Source of the DNA: Patescibacteria group bacterium
GTDB taxonomy: Bacteria > Patescibacteriota > JABMPQ01 > JAQVVF01
Direction: 5' to 3'
Length of the DNA: 64,000 nt
Assembly: GCA_028699085.1 (NCBI GenBank)
Contig: JAQVVF010000003.1
Span: 25,721-89,720, forward strand
A model generated the notes under the pieces. The model was given only the letters and a program-made list of their open reading frames with translations, was not told where the DNA came from and made no database searches. The position numbers and the translations under genes are program-made. Shown piece after piece: positions 59,146 to 64,000 of this stretch (positions are counted from its first letter, which is position 1; each line of letters begins with the position of its first letter).

Positions 59146-59607
59146 TTATTCAAGAGTTTTCAATATTTCAACTGCATTTTCCACGATCTTTTCCATATTC
59201 TTGTAGCTCGTCATTTCGCTCAATTCTTTCACACTTACCCATTTTAATTCTGCAATTCCTTCTGCATCTTGTAGCTCAATATTAACATCTTCTTGAGCTT
59301 CCATCAAATACCAATAAACCACTTTATGTATCAAATCCTTGCCTCCTGGCTTACCTTTAGAATCTGCTTTAAACCAATAGTCCATTTCACCAAGTTTTTC
59401 CTTTAATTTCAGCCCATACATGCCTGTTTCTTCAGCAACTTCTCTTAAAGCTGCCCTTTCAACTCTCTCGCCTTCTTCAACATGACCTTTTGCAAAAGTC
59501 CATTTGTTAAAAGGATCCAAAATCAAGGCAATTCTAATGCCTTCTTTCGTTTTTTTAAAAACAATGCCACCAGCTGAAAATTCTAGTTTTGTTGACATAT
59601 AAAACAT
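59146..59607 (-). CDS. NUDIX hydrolase (Ap4A hydrolase-like)
   Basis: Nudix box GHVEEGE...AALREVAEETG; start may be ATG 59598. Confidence 0.93.
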   Translation of the reverse strand: MFYMSTKLEFSAGGIVFKKTKEGIRIALILDPFNKWTFAKGHVEEGERVERAALREVAEETGMYGLKLKEKLGEMDYWFKADSKGKPGGKDLIHKVVYWYLMEAQEDVNIELQDAEGIAELKWVSVKELSEMTSYKNMEKIVENAVEILKTLE

Positions 59608-59695
59608 TATAACAGAAATTTTCTATATAAAAAAGACTGCAGATTAGTCCTTTTTACTTTTACCCTGCAACTTTTACCTTTTCAATTTTGACTTT

Positions 59696-60250
59696 TTACT
59701 TCTCACGTATCTTCACATCATATAGAATCTCTTCTAATCTTTTCAAATTTCTCTTCGCTTCATCGAACTTTACTCTCAATTTTCCAGTCAAATCAAATTT
59801 AATTAATTCGCCAACAACATCATCAATTCCTTGCTTATAATCAGAAATTTTTTCTGCCTCGCCTTTTGTTACCAAAATTACTGCCATTCTCACCATCTCT
59901 CCAGTCAAATCACAAATTCCAGAAATCATTGTTTCAAAACCGAATTTCAATTCTGATTTAAAATCAATATCGCCACTCTTCAAAAATTCAAAAAACATTT
60001 TTGCTTCTACAAATTCTTCTGCAGCTTCATAATATGCACCAACACCAGACGAATTGCCCAAAGATATTAATTTCTGTTCTGTGCTAGTTAAAACTTCTTC
60101 AGCCTTTTTTAAATCATCACGATGCATTAAAAAAATCGCCTGTTTTGACATTTTTAAAACAACTCTTGCTTCACCAATAATTTTTTCGCGCATTAAACTA
60201 TGTTCCTGATTTTCCACCAATAATTTTTCAAATAATTCTTTGTTTAACAT
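59696..60250 (-). CDS. Translin/Trax family protein
   Basis: SKQAIFLMHR, AEEFVEA and GICDLTGEMVR motifs. Confidence 0.85.
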   Translation of the reverse strand: MLNKELFEKLLVENQEHSLMREKIIGEARVVLKMSKQAIFLMHRDDLKKAEEVLTSTEQKLISLGNSSGVGAYYEAAEEFVEAKMFFEFLKSGDIDFKSELKFGFETMISGICDLTGEMVRMAVILVTKGEAEKISDYKQGIDDVVGELIKFDLTGKLRVKFDEAKRNLKRLEEILYDVKIREK

Positions 60251-60299
60251 ATATTTTTTTACTTTTAAATTGTAACTTTTGAATTTTTACTTTTTACTT

Positions 60300-60836
60300 T
60301 TACCTTATCGAATATTCACATCCACAATATTTTTGTCGATAAATTCCATTCTCCTTACACAATACAATGCTTCGCTTATATAATGCTGAGAAATCTTCTT
60401 CCAAAAATTTAACTCCATATTTTTTCTCTAATTCAAGGCCAATTCTATTTGTCATCATTGTATTCTTATATGGTGAAATAGACAAGGTTGTTCCAAAAAT
60501 ATCAAAAGAATGCTGCACTGCAAAAATTGCTGTTTTTTCTAATCTTATTTTTATACAAACCTCGCATCTTTTTCCGCCTTCTTTTTCCTTTTCTAATCCT
60601 TTAATTTTTTCCTGCCAATTCTTAACATTATATTTTTCAACTTTTAAATTATTTTTTTTTAATTTAATCAATTTTTCTAGATTCTCTAATCTCAGATTAT
60701 ATTCGCTTTCTGGATATATATTTGGATTATAAAAATAACCAGTCACATCATATTCTGGCATTATTTTTTCCAATACTGCACTCACACACGGAGCACAACA
60801 AATATGTAATAATAGTCTATCTATCATGTCTTCCAA
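60300..60836 (-). CDS. queH: Epoxyqueuosine reductase QueH
   Basis: LLLHICCAPC, FYNPNI, RCEVC, TTLSISPYK, YRQKYCGCEYS. Confidence 0.95.
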   Translation of the reverse strand: MEDMIDRLLLHICCAPCVSAVLEKIMPEYDVTGYFYNPNIYPESEYNLRLENLEKLIKLKKNNLKVEKYNVKNWQEKIKGLEKEKEGGKRCEVCIKIRLEKTAIFAVQHSFDIFGTTLSISPYKNTMMTNRIGLELEKKYGVKFLEEDFSALYKRSIVLCKENGIYRQKYCGCEYSIR

Positions 60837-60866
60837 TTTTAAATTTTTTTTAGTATTTTGTCAATC

Positions 60867-60895
60867 TTGACATTTTTTCACAACAATCCTATACT
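60867..60895 (+). promoter_or_regulatory. Sigma70-type promoter
   Basis: TTGACA-17-TATACT. Confidence 0.8.
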
Positions 60896-60939
60896 CTTGA
60901 AAACCTGCAAGATGCTCTCTCACAACCAAGGAGGAAGGC

Positions 60940-61452
60940 ATGAAGAAAACAATTCTATTTTGTTTAGCTTTATTTTTTACATCATGTGCAATCGACAAAG
61001 AAGACAAATGTGAAATCTGCGTACAAACTGTGTCATGCGAAAACATCGGCTGGCTAAATTTTGGAGACAGAGACAACATTGATTTAATCAATGAATGTGG
61101 TTTTGAATATAATAATGGTGAAAAGGGCGGATATGGCCATACACTTCAAGAAAAAGGCTGTAATGAAAGCATGTTATTGATCTGGGCAAATGGTGGCTTA
61201 AAAAACGCTTATCTTTCAGCTGACTGGGCTGGAGAAACAAACCGCGGTACAAAGATTAATGATTCCCTTGCCGAATTCCGAAAAGCCTATCCAGAAGCAG
61301 TAAAAAGTGATTTTGAAAGCAATAACGAATACGAATTATGGAAAGTAATCACTTACAAACCCTATCCCGAATCATTAGACTACTGTAGCATGCATTTCAT
61401 CTTTGATCGTCAAACAATAAAATTAGTCAGCATCAGAATCTATAGTTACTAA
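60940..61452 (+). CDS. Cys-rich putative lipoprotein
   Basis: MKKTILFCLALFFTS-C lipobox-like; SD AAGGAGG. Confidence 0.8.
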   Translation: MKKTILFCLALFFTSCAIDKEDKCEICVQTVSCENIGWLNFGDRDNIDLINECGFEYNNGEKGGYGHTLQEKGCNESMLLIWANGGLKNAYLSADWAGETNRGTKINDSLAEFRKAYPEAVKSDFESNNEYELWKVITYKPYPESLDYCSMHFIFDRQTIKLVSIRIYSY

Positions 61453-61466
61453 AGGAGGAAAAAAAG

Positions 61467-61955
61467 ATGAATAGAAAACTATGTCTTCCAATTTTCCTTG
61501 CATTCTTCAACTTCGAATGCGGAGATCAGTGCGTAAATATAGATGAGCAGCTAGAATGCAATGGGCTTGAAAATATTAAGTTTGGAGACAGCGTCACTTC
61601 TACTCTTGACGAAGAGTGTTTCCATAGTTACGGTCGAGGCAATTTCACTATTTACGAAAAATATGGTATTTCTATTTTCACACTTGGTGACGCAGATAAT
61701 AGCAACTATATTGTCTATTCTTTTCATCTGACAACCGGCTGGATTGGACAAACTGATCGAGGACTAAAACTAGGAGATCCAATCGAAAAATTCAACACTC
61801 TATATCCCAAATCAGAATCCTATCCCGGTTCAGTACCTTCTCTCATAAATCCTGATGTCTATCTCGAAGCAGAACAAGCAACTTGTGACACACATACGCA
61901 TCTTCAAGTTTACCCTGACGAACAAGGAAATATTTTTTACATGATTTTATGGTAG
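61467..61955 (+). CDS. Cys-rich exported protein, paralog of the preceding gene
   Basis: Shared FGD...W-G-T-RG-K--D----F---YP; SD AAGGAGG. Confidence 0.78.
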   Translation: MNRKLCLPIFLAFFNFECGDQCVNIDEQLECNGLENIKFGDSVTSTLDEECFHSYGRGNFTIYEKYGISIFTLGDADNSNYIVYSFHLTTGWIGQTDRGLKLGDPIEKFNTLYPKSESYPGSVPSLINPDVYLEAEQATCDTHTHLQVYPDEQGNIFYMILW

Positions 61956-61991
61956 CACTTTTTAACCGTTTTAGACGGTTTTTTTATTTAC

Positions 61992-62022
61992 AAAAAAGCC
62001 CTCTTTTTCAAGAAGGCTTTTT
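61992..62022. terminator. Bidirectional terminator
   Basis: AAAAAAGCC..GGCTTTTT between convergent genes. Confidence 0.7.
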
Positions 62023-62042
62023 ATTATTTAACTTTTTGTTTT

Positions 62043-64000
62043 TTATTTCACGATTGCATTTTCCAAAGCATTTTTTACTACATCATCCATTGTTTTTACA
62101 AAAACAATTTTTAAATCTTTCTGAATATTCTTTGGAATATCTGCCAAATTCGGTCTGTTTTCTTCTGGCAACAATACAGTTTTTACTCCAGCTTGTTTTG
62201 CAGCCAAAACTTTTTCTTTTACTCCGCCAATTGGCAAAACCTTTCCTCTCAAAGTTACCTCTCCAGTCATAGCCACATCTTTTTTGATCTTTCGACCTGA
62301 CAAAACTGAAACTAAGACAGTTGCCATTGCTGTTCCTGCTGAAGGGCCATCTTTTGGAATACCGCCAGCTGGAACATGAATGTGAATATCATCATTTTTG
62401 TAAAACTTTTCTTCAACACCTAATTGGCTTGCAATTGATCTCGCATAAGAATAAGCAGCTTCAGCTGATTCTTTCATTACTTTGCCTAATTGACCTGTTA
62501 AACGTAATTCTCCTTTGCCAGGCATGCGAGACGCTTCAATATGCAAAATATCACCACCAGCAGGAGTCCAGGCAAGTCCCGTTACAACTCCAACTTCATC
62601 TTTCTTTTCAGTTTTTTCTTGAGTAAATGTTGCAGGCCCTAAATATTTATTCAAATCAGCAATCGTCACGTTATTATCACCTTTACCGCCTGATGCAACA
62701 GACTTTGCCATTTTTCTACAAATTGCTGCAATTTGTCTTTCTAAATTTCTCACACCAGCTTCCTTTACATATTCAGAAATAATATGTCTAATTGCAGGAT
62801 CGGAAAAAAGACATTGTTCTTTTTTTAAACCATTTTCTTTTAATTGTCTTGGAATCAAATATTTCTTAGTAATATGAAATTTTTCTTCTTCTGTATAGCC
62901 TAAAAATTCAATTATTTCCATTCTATCTCGTAATGCCGGAGGAATTGTATCCAAAACATTTGCTGTTGTAATAAACATTACATCTGACAAATCAAATGGC
63001 ACTGCCAAATAATTATCCACAAATTCTTTGTTTTGAGCTGGATCTAATGCTTCAAGCAAAGCTGAAGACGGATCGCCTCGATAATCATTTCCCACCTTAT
63101 CAATTTCATCAAGCATAAAAACTGGATTTCTAGATTTTACGGTATTTATACCTTGAATAATTCTGCCTGGCATTGCTCCGACATAAGTCCTACGATGACC
63201 TCGTATTTCTGCCTCATCTCTAATTCCACCAAGGCTCATTCTATGAAATTCACGACCTAAAGATTTTGCAATCGATTTTCCAATTGAAGTTTTTCCAACT
63301 CCAGGGGGTCCAAAAAAACAAAGAATCGGACCTTGAATCTGGTTTGTTAATTTCCTAACAGATAAATATTCCAAGATTCTTTCTTTAACTTTTTCCAAAC
63401 CATAATGATCATTATCCAAAATCTTCTTTGCTTTTTTGACATCAACTTTGCATTCGCTTCTTTTGTTCCATGGTAAATTAATCATCCAATCAATATAAGT
63501 CCTAATATAAGAGATTTCTGGAGAAAAAGATGGCATACCTTTCATTCTATTGAATTCTTTCATTACTTCTTCTTCTGTTTTCTTTGGCATTCCCACTTCT
63601 TTTATTTTCTTTTCCAAGGAAACAGTTTCATCTTCTCCGCCACCTAATTCACCTAATTCTTTCTGAATTGTCTTCATTTTTTCTCTCAAATACATTTCTT
63701 TTTGCATTTTTTCCAATTCTTTTCCAGTATTTTCTTCTAGCTTTTGTGCCATTGCAAAAACCTTTGTCTGTTTTCCCAAAAGCTCATTTAGAGTTTTTAA
63801 TTTTTCTTTAACATCTTCTATTTCTAATAATTTCTGCTTTTCTGAAACTTTTAAATCCAAATTAGAGACAATTAAATCACATAATTGCCACGGATCTTTC
63901 ATATTCAAAATAACCATCATTACATCTAAAGGCACATTAGCTCCCATAGAAACAACAGATTTGAATTGATTAATTACTGTATACATCAATGCTGTAATTT
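62043..64000 (-). CDS. lon: Lon protease (5' end outside window)
   Basis: GPPGVGKTS, RGHRRTYVGAMPG, LDEIDK, PKDGPSAG, IGGVKEK; frame open to the edge. Confidence 0.99.
   Translation of the reverse strand, partial: ITALMYTVINQFKSVVSMGANVPLDVMMVILNMKDPWQLCDLIVSNLDLKVSEKQKLLEIEDVKEKLKTLNELLGKQTKVFAMAQKLEENTGKELEKMQKEMYLREKMKTIQKELGELGGGEDETVSLEKKIKEVGMPKKTEEEVMKEFNRMKGMPSFSPEISYIRTYIDWMINLPWNKRSECKVDVKKAKKILDNDHYGLEKVKERILEYLSVRKLTNQIQGPILCFFGPPGVGKTSIGKSIAKSLGREFHRMSLGGIRDEAEIRGHRRTYVGAMPGRIIQGINTVKSRNPVFMLDEIDKVGNDYRGDPSSALLEALDPAQNKEFVDNYLAVPFDLSDVMFITTANVLDTIPPALRDRMEIIEFLGYTEEEKFHITKKYLIPRQLKENGLKKEQCLFSDPAIRHIISEYVKEAGVRNLERQIAAICRKMAKSVASGGKGDNNVTIADLNKYLGPATFTQEKTEKKDEVGVVTGLAWTPAGGDILHIEASRMPGKGELRLTGQLGKVMKESAEAAYSYARSIASQLGVEEKFYKNDDIHIHVPAGGIPKDGPSAGTAMATVLVSVLSGRKIKKDVAMTGEVTLRGKVLPIGGVKEKVLAAKQAGVKTVLLPEENRPNLADIPKNIQKDLKIVFVKTMDDVVKNALENAIVK

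Overview
Low-GC bacterial chromosome segment, standard code 11. Gene content and synteny suggest a Patescibacteria (CPR) genome (inference: secG next to a family-5 SBP, MurE with EDPY, EF-P with QRRP, no Shine-Dalgarno on core genes). The backbone is housekeeping: groEL/groES under a CIRCE operator, polX, uvrA/uvrC, secG, tRNA-Leu(CAG), rnj, trpS, pgm, rpsF-ssb-rpsR, ychF, efp, ftsK-rodZ-recA, rpoBC, tsaB, murE, queH and lon. Main signals: (1) five unrelated secreted proteins (beta-propellers, GH18, DUF2341) share one very Lys-rich ~120-180 aa domain I do not recognise, a candidate surface-anchoring or display system; (2) a diverged duplicate of the ftsK promoter and first 43 codons forms a 45-aa AT-hook-like mini-ORF, with a REP-like palindrome in its leader; (3) degenerate 7-9-nt repeat arrays occur between genes and as in-frame inserts in PolX, MurE (x3) and TsaB; (4) accessory genes carry strong SD sequences, several with a boxA-like motif just upstream; (5) a RAYT-like transposase with GTAG palindromes, a ~22-aa GroEL apical insertion and a Translin/Trax-like protein. 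All calls were made by eye; no searches were run.
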